Positions 37,859 through 47,577 of a DNA stretch of 64,000 nucleotides are shown piece after piece. The stretch spans positions 1-64,000 of IMG/VR virus record IMGVR_UViG_3300033145_003233. One strand, given 5' to 3'. Below the pieces are notes generated by a model. The model had not been told where the DNA came from. It was given only the letters and a program-made list of their open reading frames with translations, and did no database searches. Both the position numbers and the translations under genes were made by a program. Each line of letters opens with the position of its first letter. Position 1 is the stretch's first letter.

Positions 37859-37892
37859 AAAAAAAAGAGTAGGACTTCTAATCCTACTCTTT
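37859..37892 (-). terminator. Intrinsic terminator after dut
   Basis: AAAGAGTAGGA/TCCTACTCTTT stem plus T-run. Confidence 0.8.
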
Positions 37893-37944
37893 CGGTCCGG
37901 GTTCGAATCCCATTGTTTTTACAATACTCGAACCAATTTATTTT

Positions 37945-38451
37945 TTAATTCCCTGTACTCCCAAACCTTCCTTCTCCCCTATCTGTTTCATCTAGCTCTT
38001 CCACTATCTGAAATATCGACCTATAAGCTTTAGATAGTTTAACTTGACAAATTCTTTGATCGGGAGTAACAATATGAACTGTCTCTTTATTATTAACAAA
38101 AATAACCATTAATTCTCCCCTATAATCACTATCTAGAATACCTGGAGAGTTTCTTATAGATATTTGTTCTTTGGCAGACTGACCACTTCTTGGGCTTATT
38201 CTTAATTCAAAACCATCTGGAATAGAAAAAGCTATTCCTGTAGGAATTATTTTTTGGGAATGAGGAGGAACCCTAAATACCTGATCTTTCTGCAATAAGG
38301 GATACATATCAAAAGCTACTGCTCCTTTTGTATGATATTTAGGAACTATAGCATTAGGATGTAATTTTTTAACTTTTACAATTCTGTTAATAGAAATTTC
38401 TTTTTCTATTTCTGATATTCTTTTCTCTAGTTCTTTAATTTTTTCTTCCAT
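37945..38451 (-). CDS. dut: Trimeric dUTP pyrophosphatase
   Basis: Motifs PRSG, PGILDSDYRGE, RICQ and RGEGRFGSTG. Confidence 0.95.
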   Translation of the reverse strand: MEEKIKELEKRISEIEKEISINRIVKVKKLHPNAIVPKYHTKGAVAFDMYPLLQKDQVFRVPPHSQKIIPTGIAFSIPDGFELRISPRSGQSAKEQISIRNSPGILDSDYRGELMVIFVNNKETVHIVTPDQRICQVKLSKAYRSIFQIVEELDETDRGEGRFGSTGN

Positions 38452-38466
38452 TTTTATACAGCCTCT

Positions 38467-39315
38467 TTATATAAATTTTTTCTCACATTTAGGACAACCA
38501 TCTTGGATGTCAGGAGCATAATCTTCTCCATAATCACACGGAATAGGTCTATCAAAACTATACCAACAATGATTACAAGTATATTGCTTGCCTCCCCTCA
38601 TGCGTTTTTTAGTTTGCCAATAATATGTTTCGCAATTTTTACAAGTTCTACAATAATAGGAACCTATATCCCCACACATAGAAACTAGTCTTCCTCCTAT
38701 CTTTTTCTCCCTTTCTAAAACATATTCCATAAATTCGTCAGTAGCACAATAATAAGAATTAATATGCCTCACCTTATAGACATAGCATTCTGGGTCAGAA
38801 AGTCCAAATCTCTTTCCATTATCAATAGGTTTATTAGTATAATAAGCCATGAAGGTAAGAACCACAGGAACTCCCTGATTAGTCCACGATTTAACGGCAG
38901 CATTTATCAGGCTCAGATTAGTATTGGAAACTCTTAATCTTACAAACATTAAGTTGTCAGTAATCTCTTCATTATGAAAAGCATGAAAGCTTTTTTCTTC
39001 TTCCTTATTCGCTGTAAAAACGACTGGCCCTGGAAAATCAAAATTAGGAATAGAAGTATTAAAAAATCTTTCAGGATAGATTGCTGTTTTTTCAACTACT
39101 AATTTCTTTTGAAAATTAGAATCATGCCCAGAGTTCACTCTCATTATCCCATCTCCCACCTCTTCTGCTGTAGGCATATGTTCTTTTTCTGGATCAACAT
39201 AGAAAGCATCTGGTCTATTATAAAAACACTGATTACAGTTTAAAGGGCATGACCCTTTTTGAGGTTTACAATCATACAGATTGCTTCCTTCTTGTTTTGG
39301 ATTTCTTATCGTCAT
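38467..39315 (-). CDS. Radical SAM-like protein with C-terminal Zn fingers
   Basis: CPLNCNQCFY = CxxxCxxC; RVNSGHD. Confidence 0.55.
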   Translation of the reverse strand: MTIRNPKQEGSNLYDCKPQKGSCPLNCNQCFYNRPDAFYVDPEKEHMPTAEEVGDGIMRVNSGHDSNFQKKLVVEKTAIYPERFFNTSIPNFDFPGPVVFTANKEEEKSFHAFHNEEITDNLMFVRLRVSNTNLSLINAAVKSWTNQGVPVVLTFMAYYTNKPIDNGKRFGLSDPECYVYKVRHINSYYCATDEFMEYVLEREKKIGGRLVSMCGDIGSYYCRTCKNCETYYWQTKKRMRGGKQYTCNHCWYSFDRPIPCDYGEDYAPDIQDGCPKCEKKFI

Positions 39316-39326
39316 TTTCTCCCTCT

Positions 39327-40055
39327 CTAATTATTGTTAGCAACTAATTTACATAACTTAATGAAATAATCTTGGGAATGAATATTCTTCATTTTGTTAA
39401 TATGCTTATGAACCCATTGGACATTGCCCTTCATGTATCCTCTTGTATTGTCAACGCGATCAAGGGAAGCAGTGCATTCCCTTGCTAGTTCTTCTTTTCT
39501 ACTTCTTAACCCTAAATCCAAATTTATTCCGCTTAAAGCACATTTTCTATTTTGTTTTTCAAATAATTTCCACAAATATTTTTTCGTAACTCTAAAACTT
39601 AACTTTCTTCTACTAGCATTAAATTCGAATTTATGAAACAGCCCTCCCGACAAATCTTTATAGCCCTTATAACATGGGTGGTCTTGCCCCACAGGGTTCT
39701 GAAGACAACCACACGATCTATGACTTCCATATTTGAGAGTATGGCTAGTTAATACAATCTCTTTTCCACAATCGCATGAACAACGCCAATAATAACTCCT
39801 TTGACCCCTCTTAGCTCTTTCAAGAACGGTTAAATTACCATATCTTTCACCTATTTTAATATGATCATAAACACAACCACAACTTTGTAAATTATGTTTC
39901 CTAATCACATCAGATCGAAAAACTTTTGTTTCTCCACAATCGCATTCGCAATCCCAATAAGTCCCAGCCCTACTATATTTCTTGGACCTAGATGTCACAA
40001 CTAACTTTCCAAATCTTTTACCTGTTAAATCAATCAATCTCGAACCATTTTTCAT
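39327..40055 (-). mobile_element. HNH-type homing endonuclease with duplicated DLTGKRFGKL..YWxCxCDCG domains
   Basis: Two GxRxGxL/WxCxCDCG repeats; C-terminal SLDRVDNTRGYMKGNVQWVHKHINKMK; downstream of nrdJ. Confidence 0.85.
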
Positions 40056-40142
40056 AAATATTCCCTTTCAATATAAATGTTATTTACATCTATATTGAAA
40101 GAAATAATAAAAAATCCTTCTTGTTTTTCTGAAAATGTAAAC

Positions 40143-42593
40143 TTAGCACCTCGCCCAGCCGCAGCTTTTGCATGCTACGCAACCTTGTTCTCTAATTAAT
40201 TCTCCACCACATTCTTTACAAACTTCTCCATGTATTTTTGTATCATCAGGAATATATTTTTTCAACACTCTGCTCAATGCCTTAGCAAAACTCATCAAAT
40301 CTCCCTTAACCTTCTCTAACTGATGAACCACGAAGCTAACATCACAACCATGTCTGAGAGAAGCAGATATAAGCCTCGTAATAGCTTCTTGATCTTCATC
40401 TATATGGATTGAAATATCCTCTTGAACAACTTCCCCATTTTCCTCTAGTAAAGAATATTTGCCCCTCTTAATTTTTTTAACAACTCCATATCTAAGAGAT
40501 TTTTTAATGTTCCCATTTTTTCCAGCAAAAATTTCATAAGGATCATCTCCAAGCAATCCGATTATTACAAAATATGAATCTCCCCTAGATATTGTATGAT
40601 AAATATCTACTGGTAATATTTTAGGCCGTTTAGAAGCATTCGTTTTCTTTATAGCAAATTCTCCCTCTTCCTTAGTGTTGTCAACCATCACTCCACTTCT
40701 GCAACCCTTACGATAAACTGTAACTCCTTTACATCCTTCCTTCCAAGCTGCCTCATAAATCTTTGCAACTTCTTCTACTTTTATATCTTGAGGGACATTT
40801 AAAGTGCTAGAAATAGAATGGTCTATATTTTTATTGGCAATAGCTTGCAGCTTAACTCGATTAATCCAATCTATATCATAAGCACAACTGTCATTCCATG
40901 GAGATTTTGTGATATCTGTCTCCCCTGTAATTTCCATCCATTCCTTTACTTTAGGATGTAATATTTCAAATTCTTGCCAACAGTCTCCATTAGCATCTAT
41001 AACATCAATTCTAGTATCTTTATCATTAACATTAATTTTTTTTCTTCTTTTATAACTAATTTGATAACATGGTTCTATCCCAGAAGTGGTCTGGGTAAGA
41101 ATAGAAACTGAACCTGCTGGAGCAGAAGTTAAACAAGATATATTTCTTCTTCCATATTTATTCATCTCACGATACAACTCAGGGTCATCATCTTTTATCC
41201 TTAATAAAAATGGATTGTCTTTTTCTAATTTAGAATCCCACACCTCGAATGGACCTAGCTCTTTAGCCATCTCAACAGAAGATTTATAACAAGCTAATTT
41301 TAATGTTTTAAAAATATCATCTACAACACCTAAACTTTTTTTAGAGCCATATCTGATATTTAGTGCCGCCAAAGTATCTCCCAATGCTGTTGTCCCAGTT
41401 CCAGTTCTTCTTCCCCTAGCACAAATTTTCTTCATATTTTTCCACAAATCCAATTCCGTTCTTTTTATATTTAGAGGTTCAGGATCATTTTTTAATTTTT
41501 TAATTATCCTTTCTATCATTTCCACCTCAATATCAACAAGGTCATCCATAAACCTTTGAGCTATCATTGCATCTGCCCTAAACATGTCAAAATCGAAATA
41601 AGCCTCCTTAGTAAAAGGTTCCCTTACATACCCATAAAGATTAAGCAATAATAAACGACAAGAATCGTATGGGCATAAGGGAATCTCTCCACATGGATTA
41701 GTTGAAGTGGTCTTATAGCCGAACTCTTGATAACAATCAGCTGGGCTTTCTCTAATTATATTATCCCAGAAAAGAAGTCCAGGCTCTGCTGTAGCATGAG
41801 CACTTTTAATAATTTCCATCCATACTTCTTTAGCGTCTACCATTGTAGAAATTTGTTTTTCTCCATCTTTAGCATCTACAGGAAATCTTTGCTCATATTT
41901 TTTTCCCTTTTTTACAGCGTCCAAAAATTCATCTGTCAATCTAATTGAGATATTAGCTCCTGTTATATCATCTGGATTTCTTTTAGACCTAGCAAAATGA
42001 ATCACCTCAGGATGATGAATAGAGATTGTAAGCATTAACGCCCCTCTACGTCCCGATTGCCCCACTTCCCTAATAGAATTACTATATCTTTCCATGAAGG
42101 GAATAATACCAGTACTAGTTCTAGCAGCATTTGTAGTAGCACTTCCATTAGGTCTTAAATTAGAAATATCTGTTCCTACTCCACCTCTCCTTTTAGATAT
42201 TTGTAGAATATGCTCGTCTTCTCTACAAATGCCTCCATAAGAATCAACTGGAGAAGGAATTACATAACAATTTGAAATAGTAACATATTGATAAGGATTC
42301 CCTATCCCTGACATAGGAGATCCTTGCGGAATAATTCTTTTGAAGTCTTTTAGATATTCTATTATTTCTTCGTAAGAAAGGGGCTTTTTGAATTTGTTTT
42401 TTTCTATACGGTGTATCTCAGAAGCAATCCTACGAAACATATCTTCTGGAGTTTGTTCTAACAATTGTTGTTGTTTATTTTTTAAAGCGTATTTATCTAA
42501 AAATACTCTTGCTGAAATTTCTTCCCCTTTGAAATATTCCATGCTCTTTTTTAAAGCATCAGAATACTCGTACACTTCCCCACCCTCTGTCAT
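40143..42593 (-). CDS. nrdJ: Class II (adenosylcobalamin-dependent) ribonucleotide reductase
   Basis: SNC, RRGA, NPCGEIPL, SAPAGS..SGIEP, GCKGVTVYR; C-terminal Zn ribbon. Confidence 0.92.
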   Translation of the reverse strand: MTEGGEVYEYSDALKKSMEYFKGEEISARVFLDKYALKNKQQQLLEQTPEDMFRRIASEIHRIEKNKFKKPLSYEEIIEYLKDFKRIIPQGSPMSGIGNPYQYVTISNCYVIPSPVDSYGGICREDEHILQISKRRGGVGTDISNLRPNGSATTNAARTSTGIIPFMERYSNSIREVGQSGRRGALMLTISIHHPEVIHFARSKRNPDDITGANISIRLTDEFLDAVKKGKKYEQRFPVDAKDGEKQISTMVDAKEVWMEIIKSAHATAEPGLLFWDNIIRESPADCYQEFGYKTTSTNPCGEIPLCPYDSCRLLLLNLYGYVREPFTKEAYFDFDMFRADAMIAQRFMDDLVDIEVEMIERIIKKLKNDPEPLNIKRTELDLWKNMKKICARGRRTGTGTTALGDTLAALNIRYGSKKSLGVVDDIFKTLKLACYKSSVEMAKELGPFEVWDSKLEKDNPFLLRIKDDDPELYREMNKYGRRNISCLTSAPAGSVSILTQTTSGIEPCYQISYKRRKKINVNDKDTRIDVIDANGDCWQEFEILHPKVKEWMEITGETDITKSPWNDSCAYDIDWINRVKLQAIANKNIDHSISSTLNVPQDIKVEEVAKIYEAAWKEGCKGVTVYRKGCRSGVMVDNTKEEGEFAIKKTNASKRPKILPVDIYHTISRGDSYFVIIGLLGDDPYEIFAGKNGNIKKSLRYGVVKKIKRGKYSLLEENGEVVQEDISIHIDEDQEAITRLISASLRHGCDVSFVVHQLEKVKGDLMSFAKALSRVLKKYIPDDTKIHGEVCKECGGELIREQGCVACKSCGWARC

Positions 42594-42665
42594 TTAAAAT
42601 CCCCACTAAAAATTTTATTATTAATATCTGAATATTATAAGAAGCGTTCTATCACTTTTCAAACA

Positions 42666-43376
42666 TTATAATAAAATTCCTTCTAATTCTTCCCTCGTAT
42701 ATTTTTTTTCTCCACACATCTCTATAGCCTCTTCTAAGGTATGTTTCGGAAAAACTTTATTATTTGAGCAATTGATAATTGTCTTATTTTTACTGTTATC
42801 TCTTATAAATTTCAGACCCTTAACACAGGCAGGAAGGGTATGTGGCCTGTGCATAGCATTATTTCCATAAAAATCTGTCTCTTTCTTCTTCCCATATTTA
42901 CAGTCCATCCCCACCAAAACGATAGGATTGCATCTTAAGGTATAAGCAAATTGGTATGTAATAGTTCCACTACTCCCCCTGCCATAAAGAACGGTAGTAT
43001 TAGGGGGTAAACGAGGTTCTCTCCCTCCTAGTTTAAATGAATAAAACCCCCCTTGAGTTTCAGATCCTTCTCTACAATATTTTATCGCCCTGGTCTTAAG
43101 AACCTTCTTTTTTTCCTGTAACCACAATGCTAAATCTTGCCATATCAAAATAGTCGGATCGTATTTAAAAAAAATTCTATTCATCCCTATTGTGAAATAA
43201 TCATTCAACAAGGATAAATTAACATTATTAAGAGAAGGAGCATTCCCGAGTAAAAAAACGGGAATGTCCTTCATTTTACCTGTCCAATTTAAAGGATTTA
43301 AAGGCTTAACTCTTGCTCTTCGTTGCTTAGTCCTTATATTCCTTCTCATCCAACTTGGCCTATAAACTTTTCCCAT
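42666..43376 (-). CDS. Maf/DUF115 (MptE-like fold) glycosyltransferase-like protein
   Basis: LLGNAPSLN...TIGMNRI...SGTITYQFAY..RCNPIVLVGMDC. Confidence 0.65.
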   Translation of the reverse strand: MGKVYRPSWMRRNIRTKQRRARVKPLNPLNWTGKMKDIPVFLLGNAPSLNNVNLSLLNDYFTIGMNRIFFKYDPTILIWQDLALWLQEKKKVLKTRAIKYCREGSETQGGFYSFKLGGREPRLPPNTTVLYGRGSSGTITYQFAYTLRCNPIVLVGMDCKYGKKKETDFYGNNAMHRPHTLPACVKGLKFIRDNSKNKTIINCSNNKVFPKHTLEEAIEMCGEKKYTREELEGILL

Positions 43377-43918
43377 GAAGATGGAATCTTCAACTTAGGG
43401 TCGAATAACAACTGCTTATCGCTTGGTTTTCCAGGTTTCTTAATCAACTTTAGACCAGCTTCCTGAGGAGTTTTATTTCCTTTAGCTCTATTAAGATCTC
43501 TTGAACAAACAACCATATTCTCCCAAGAATTCTTTCCTCCTCTTGAACGAGGAACAACATGGTCAATGTCCGCATTTTTATGATTAACCTGTTTACCAGT
43601 ATATTGACATTGATATCCATCCCTGATATAAAGATTTCTCTTAGTTAATCTTAGAGATTTTCTATGCACCTTATCATAATTTAGTAGAACGACCACCTCT
43701 GGAATCTTTATATCACCCTGAGTAGTCGTTATGCCTTCTTCTTCCTCTGCTACGGGCAAAGAGGCCCATTTCTCCCAATTATGAATAGAATAGTCGCTGG
43801 GCAGCACTATAGATGCCTTGTCTGCAAAGATTAATTTGAGACATCTTTTTACAGAGGCTACTCTAATTGGAATCCACATTTTGTTAAGAACCAACACTGG
43901 TTTTGCCAAAGAAGACAT
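43346..43918 (-). CDS. HNH endonuclease (HNH_5 type)
   Basis: VLVLN...RDGYQCQY...IDHVVPRSRGG..SWENMV....N..KGNKTP. Confidence 0.92.
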   Translation of the reverse strand: MSSLAKPVLVLNKMWIPIRVASVKRCLKLIFADKASIVLPSDYSIHNWEKWASLPVAEEEEGITTTQGDIKIPEVVVLLNYDKVHRKSLRLTKRNLYIRDGYQCQYTGKQVNHKNADIDHVVPRSRGGKNSWENMVVCSRDLNRAKGNKTPQEAGLKLIKKPGKPSDKQLLFDPKLKIPSSWEKFIGQVG

Positions 43919-43920
43919 AA

Positions 43921-44421
43921 TTACTCCTTTTTCAATAAAGACACTTCATTTATAAACTCTTCATTCTCATCAATAATTTTTAACTCAATTTTTTCTTTAA
44001 ACTTATAACAAGCTTCCATTGTAGCTCTAGCTACACTTTTTTTATCAAGACCTCCTGGTTCAATGCCAAGGCCACATATAGTTGCTGTCTCTATATTATC
44101 GGCAACTATAGCACTCAAAGTATTATCTAATGCTCTCTCTACTATATAAATAGAACTGAAATCACTTTGTAATCTTTTTATTACAGCATGATAAATTCTT
44201 TTAAGTCCTCTTCGATTTAACCTACCTGATCCTGTACAAAAACATTCTCCTAATTCTATTTCATTATCTAAAGCAAAAGCCCTTGCTTCTTTAGAAATAC
44301 CAGTTAGCCCATCTTTTACAATCTTAGCTGCTCTGCCTCTCCCCATCACCCCCATTGCATTAGCTGGTATAATAAGAGCTTCGGACTTAGGATAGCAGAT
44401 ATTTCCCAATATTATTTTCAT
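43921..44421 (-). CDS. Macro domain protein (ADP-ribose binding/hydrolase), divergent
   Basis: ALIIPAN..GVMGRG.A; GEC.CTGSG.L; IYHAV; CGLGIEPGG. Confidence 0.8.
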   Translation of the reverse strand: MKIILGNICYPKSEALIIPANAMGVMGRGRAAKIVKDGLTGISKEARAFALDNEIELGECFCTGSGRLNRRGLKRIYHAVIKRLQSDFSSIYIVERALDNTLSAIVADNIETATICGLGIEPGGLDKKSVARATMEACYKFKEKIELKIIDENEEFINEVSLLKKE

Positions 44422-44613
44422 TTTACACTATTTCTCACTTTTTGTCAACTTTTTTCTACTTTTTTTGAAATATTTTTATTTTTTACTTCTTTTTTTTGTC
44501 TAGCAACGTACAATGAATCAATAGTATTGATAGTATCGATAGGTACATACTATAACTATCTACTAGTACCTGGATATTATTATAAATAATAATATACACG
44601 TCCATCTCTTTTT

Positions 44614-45459
44614 TTAAAATAAAGGATCATTGTTATTACACCTCTCTATGTACCCTGAAATGTCTTTTCCAAAGAAAACAGGGTTTCTCTCTATTTTATC
44701 CCTTAATCTGGGAAGAATAGCTGTATGGAGTTGGCTTATCCTAGATTCTGACATGTTTAGTTTTCTAGCAATATCTTCCATTGTTAGATTTTCATAATAA
44801 TAGTAATATATAATCTTTTGCTCCATTCTTGTAAAGCTCTTACTCATTAACTTGTTGAGAAATTCCTTTCTTAGTAAAGTACTATCAGGAGTCTTTGTTT
44901 TTTTATCTTCTATATCTCCCAAAGAATCCTGCTTGAAATTCTCCTGCTTTTCCTTACCACAAATATCTGATCCCTCTAAACTGATAAAGCTTATTGGTTT
45001 ATACTTTTTGATATTTTTAAGATATTCTGTTTGATTTATACCTAATTTTTCCACAACTTCATAATCTGTAACTTTCCCTCCTTTAGTATTTTCCATCTCG
45101 GACTTCATTTTTTCAAGAAGATTATTATTAATCCTTACACTTCTTGGTATAATATCTTCTTTTCTGATACCATCTATCATAGAACCTCCTATCCTACGAT
45201 TAGCATAAGTAGGGAAATCTACTCCAGCATCTAGACAAAATCTATCTATAGCCGAATATAGACCATCTATTCCTAAACTAGTAAGTTCTTCTGGTAGGAC
45301 TTTCCACCTTAAATTCTTTGCAAATTTATAAGATATTTTTTGAACTAATGGGTAATATATCTCTATTAATTCGTTTTTAAGGTTCCCTTTTTTCTTTTCA
45401 TTTTTTTCTTTTTTAAATCTGATCCACAAATCCAAGTTGTGTATTTTCTGCTTTTCCAT
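44614..45459 (-). CDS. RNA polymerase sigma factor, FliA/WhiG (sigma28)-like
   Basis: Region 2 EL..LG..GL..AIDRF....F.TYA..RI.G.MID.IRK; region 4 LTMEDIA..LNMSESRISQLH. Confidence 0.9.
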   Translation of the reverse strand: MEKQKIHNLDLWIRFKKEKNEKKKGNLKNELIEIYYPLVQKISYKFAKNLRWKVLPEELTSLGIDGLYSAIDRFCLDAGVDFPTYANRRIGGSMIDGIRKEDIIPRSVRINNNLLEKMKSEMENTKGGKVTDYEVVEKLGINQTEYLKNIKKYKPISFISLEGSDICGKEKQENFKQDSLGDIEDKKTKTPDSTLLRKEFLNKLMSKSFTRMEQKIIYYYYYENLTMEDIARKLNMSESRISQLHTAILPRLRDKIERNPVFFGKDISGYIERCNNNDPLF

Positions 45460-45495
45460 ACTCTCCCCTTCCTCTTAGATATGAAAGCATATCTA

Positions 45496-45523
45496 TTTTT
45501 AACAAATTTCTCTCACTTTTCAA
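45496..45523 (-). promoter_or_regulatory. AGTGA-class sigma70-like promoter for the sigma gene
   Basis: TTGAAA-AGTGA...TGT-TAAAAA with 16-bp spacer. Confidence 0.5.
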
Positions 45524-45531
45524 CAATTTTC

Positions 45532-45560
45532 TTGACAAAACCCCTGAAATAGAGTATAAT
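45532..45560 (+). promoter_or_regulatory. Consensus sigma70 early promoter TTGACA-N17-TATAAT
   Basis: Perfect -35 (45532-45537) and -10 (45555-45560) upstream of pncB. Confidence 0.88.
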
Positions 45561-45641
45561 TCTAGAATTAATTTTCCAGACAACTGTTTTTTTGTAGCAA
45601 AAGTATAATTAAACCTTGTTTTTTCTTTGATTGGAGTTTAA

Positions 45642-46994
45642 ATGAAGAGAATTATCAATAGCATATTAGATAACGATTTATACAAATTTACCATGCAACA
45701 AGCGGCCCTTGAGTTGTTTCCTAATGCAGAAGTTACATACGCATTTAAAAATAGGGGAGATCAAAGATTCACTCCTGAATTTATAACAGAACTCAAAAGC
45801 CAAATATCTAGAATGATTGATATTAAGTTAACCCCTGATGAATACTTTTGGTTAAAAAACAATATATCCTTCTATAAACCTCAATATCTGGAATATTTAG
45901 CAAATTACAGATTTAATCCAGGAGAAGTAGACGTTATTTTAAATGATAATAATGATTTAGTTCTAAATATCAGTGGGAAATGGCATACTACAATCCTATG
46001 GGAAGTTCCTCTGATCGCTCTGATTAGTGAATTATATTTCAAGATGATAGATACAGAGTGGAAAGGGGAAACAATTATGCAGAGAAAATGTTTCCCAGAT
46101 GACTGGTATGGAGATTTGGGTCTTACATGGGAAGATGCCCCAAAGAGATGGGACAAAACAGATCAAAGGGAAAATGCCTTTATAAAAATAAGAGAGATGC
46201 AAAAAAATCAATGTGGTTTCGCTGATTTCGGAACTCGCAGAAGAAGAAGCTTTGAGAACCAAGACAAAATAATTAAAGCTTTCATGGATTTTCAGAAAGG
46301 AATACAAGATAGAATTGTTCTTCCTGATGAGATAGATGAATTCAAACCTTCTCCAGATAATGGGTTCCCATTCGTTGGAACTAGCAATCTTTATTTTGCT
46401 ATGAAGTATGGATTAAAACCCATAGGAACTATGGCCCACGAATGGATTATGGCAATGGCTATTTTGGAAGGATTATACAACTCTAATTACTATGCCCTTC
46501 AAAACTGGGTAAGAGTTTATAACTCTGATTTAGGAATCGCCCTTACAGATACTTATGGTCTACAAACTTTTCTCCGCAATTTTAATATTAGATTAGCAAA
46601 ATTATATGACGGAGTAAGGCATGACAGTGGATGTCCCTTTAATTTCGCAGACGCGATTATTTCTTATTACAATAGTCTCAATATAGATCCAACTTCTAAG
46701 ACTATTGTATTTAGCGATGGTTTAAATATAGAAAATGCCATCCAAATTAAAAAACATTGTACTGACAAATGGGATAAACCAAGAATTAAATGTTCCTTCG
46801 GCATTGGAACACATTTGACAAACGATCTTGATGGGAGCAAGGCTCTTAATATCGTGATTAAACTATTTTCTTGTGAAGGAATCCCTGTCGTAAAATTAAG
46901 CGATGTAGAAGGTAAGGTAATGGGAGATCCTGATGCTGTAAGAGTAGCCAAGTGGATGTTCCAAAAAAGACCCTTAGATTGGAAACATAGATAA
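45642..46994 (+). CDS. pncB: Nicotinate phosphoribosyltransferase
   Basis: LDNDLYKFTMQQ, DFGTRRR, GTSN, GTMAHEW, LTDTYG, GVRHDSG, VFSDGL, FGIGT, KLSD. Confidence 0.95.
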   Translation: MKRIINSILDNDLYKFTMQQAALELFPNAEVTYAFKNRGDQRFTPEFITELKSQISRMIDIKLTPDEYFWLKNNISFYKPQYLEYLANYRFNPGEVDVILNDNNDLVLNISGKWHTTILWEVPLIALISELYFKMIDTEWKGETIMQRKCFPDDWYGDLGLTWEDAPKRWDKTDQRENAFIKIREMQKNQCGFADFGTRRRRSFENQDKIIKAFMDFQKGIQDRIVLPDEIDEFKPSPDNGFPFVGTSNLYFAMKYGLKPIGTMAHEWIMAMAILEGLYNSNYYALQNWVRVYNSDLGIALTDTYGLQTFLRNFNIRLAKLYDGVRHDSGCPFNFADAIISYYNSLNIDPTSKTIVFSDGLNIENAIQIKKHCTDKWDKPRIKCSFGIGTHLTNDLDGSKALNIVIKLFSCEGIPVVKLSDVEGKVMGDPDAVRVAKWMFQKRPLDWKHR

Positions 46995-47041
46995 TGATTA
47001 AAGAAACTTTAGAACAGATATTTAAAAGGAGAAATAAAACA

Positions 47042-47350
47042 ATGAGCCTAATGAAAAAAATCATAATAGCAGCAGTGACCCTAATAATTATATTGTCTGT
47101 TATTTCACTTGCCCCTAAATCAGAAAAACCTGCTCCATATTTTCAAAATGGAGAGATAGTAGTCCACACTCTGAGCGGAAGAAAGGGGCAAATTATTGAT
47201 AATGCTTATCAATATAATAGGAAGTCAGAGTGTTGGAGAGTTAGTGCTAAAATGGTAGACCCTGATCAAAAAGGTTCTGTCCTCCTTGGAAAAATAACTG
47301 GAATGATAACTGAAAATTTTAATGAATTTGAATTGAGAAAAGAAGAATAG
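47042..47350 (+). CDS. Membrane-anchored or exported small protein
   Basis: AAGGAG SD; KKIIIAAVTLIIILSVISLA hydrophobic N-terminus. Confidence 0.7.
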   Translation: MSLMKKIIIAAVTLIIILSVISLAPKSEKPAPYFQNGEIVVHTLSGRKGQIIDNAYQYNRKSECWRVSAKMVDPDQKGSVLLGKITGMITENFNEFELRKEE

Positions 47351-47351
47351 A

Positions 47352-47564
47352 ATGAAAAATCCAGAAGAACATTATACAAAACATGGCTTTAAAGACCATG
47401 CAGTAAATCTTGCTAATTTAGAAAAAAGCACTGGCTTTTTTACAAATAATGCAGACGACCTAGAGCTAGAAGATCACCCAGACCTTCTTGATGCCCTATG
47501 GATGGTAGAAGAGTGGGCCAGAAAAGAAATGGAAAAAATAGAACTCAAATATTTAGATACTTAA
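47352..47564 (+). CDS. Hypothetical protein
   Basis: Tightly packed operon ORF. Confidence 0.7.
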   Translation: MKNPEEHYTKHGFKDHAVNLANLEKSTGFFTNNADDLELEDHPDLLDALWMVEEWARKEMEKIELKYLDT

Positions 47565-47577
47565 AGAAAAAACAACC

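Noticed and set aside
37833-38033. 66-aa plus-strand ORF
   Set aside because: Runs across a promoter, a terminator and the dut 3' end
40143-42593. Intein or group I intron in nrdJ (also checked terL)
   Set aside because: Both ORFs are continuous and of normal length, with no intein C-terminal HN motif block or embedded endonuclease
11131-45034. Numerous plus-strand ORFs opposite the structural and metabolic genes (e.g. 14805, 15311, 22380, 24923, 28908, 31146, 41086)
   Set aside because: Antisense shadows with no motifs, opposite well-supported genes
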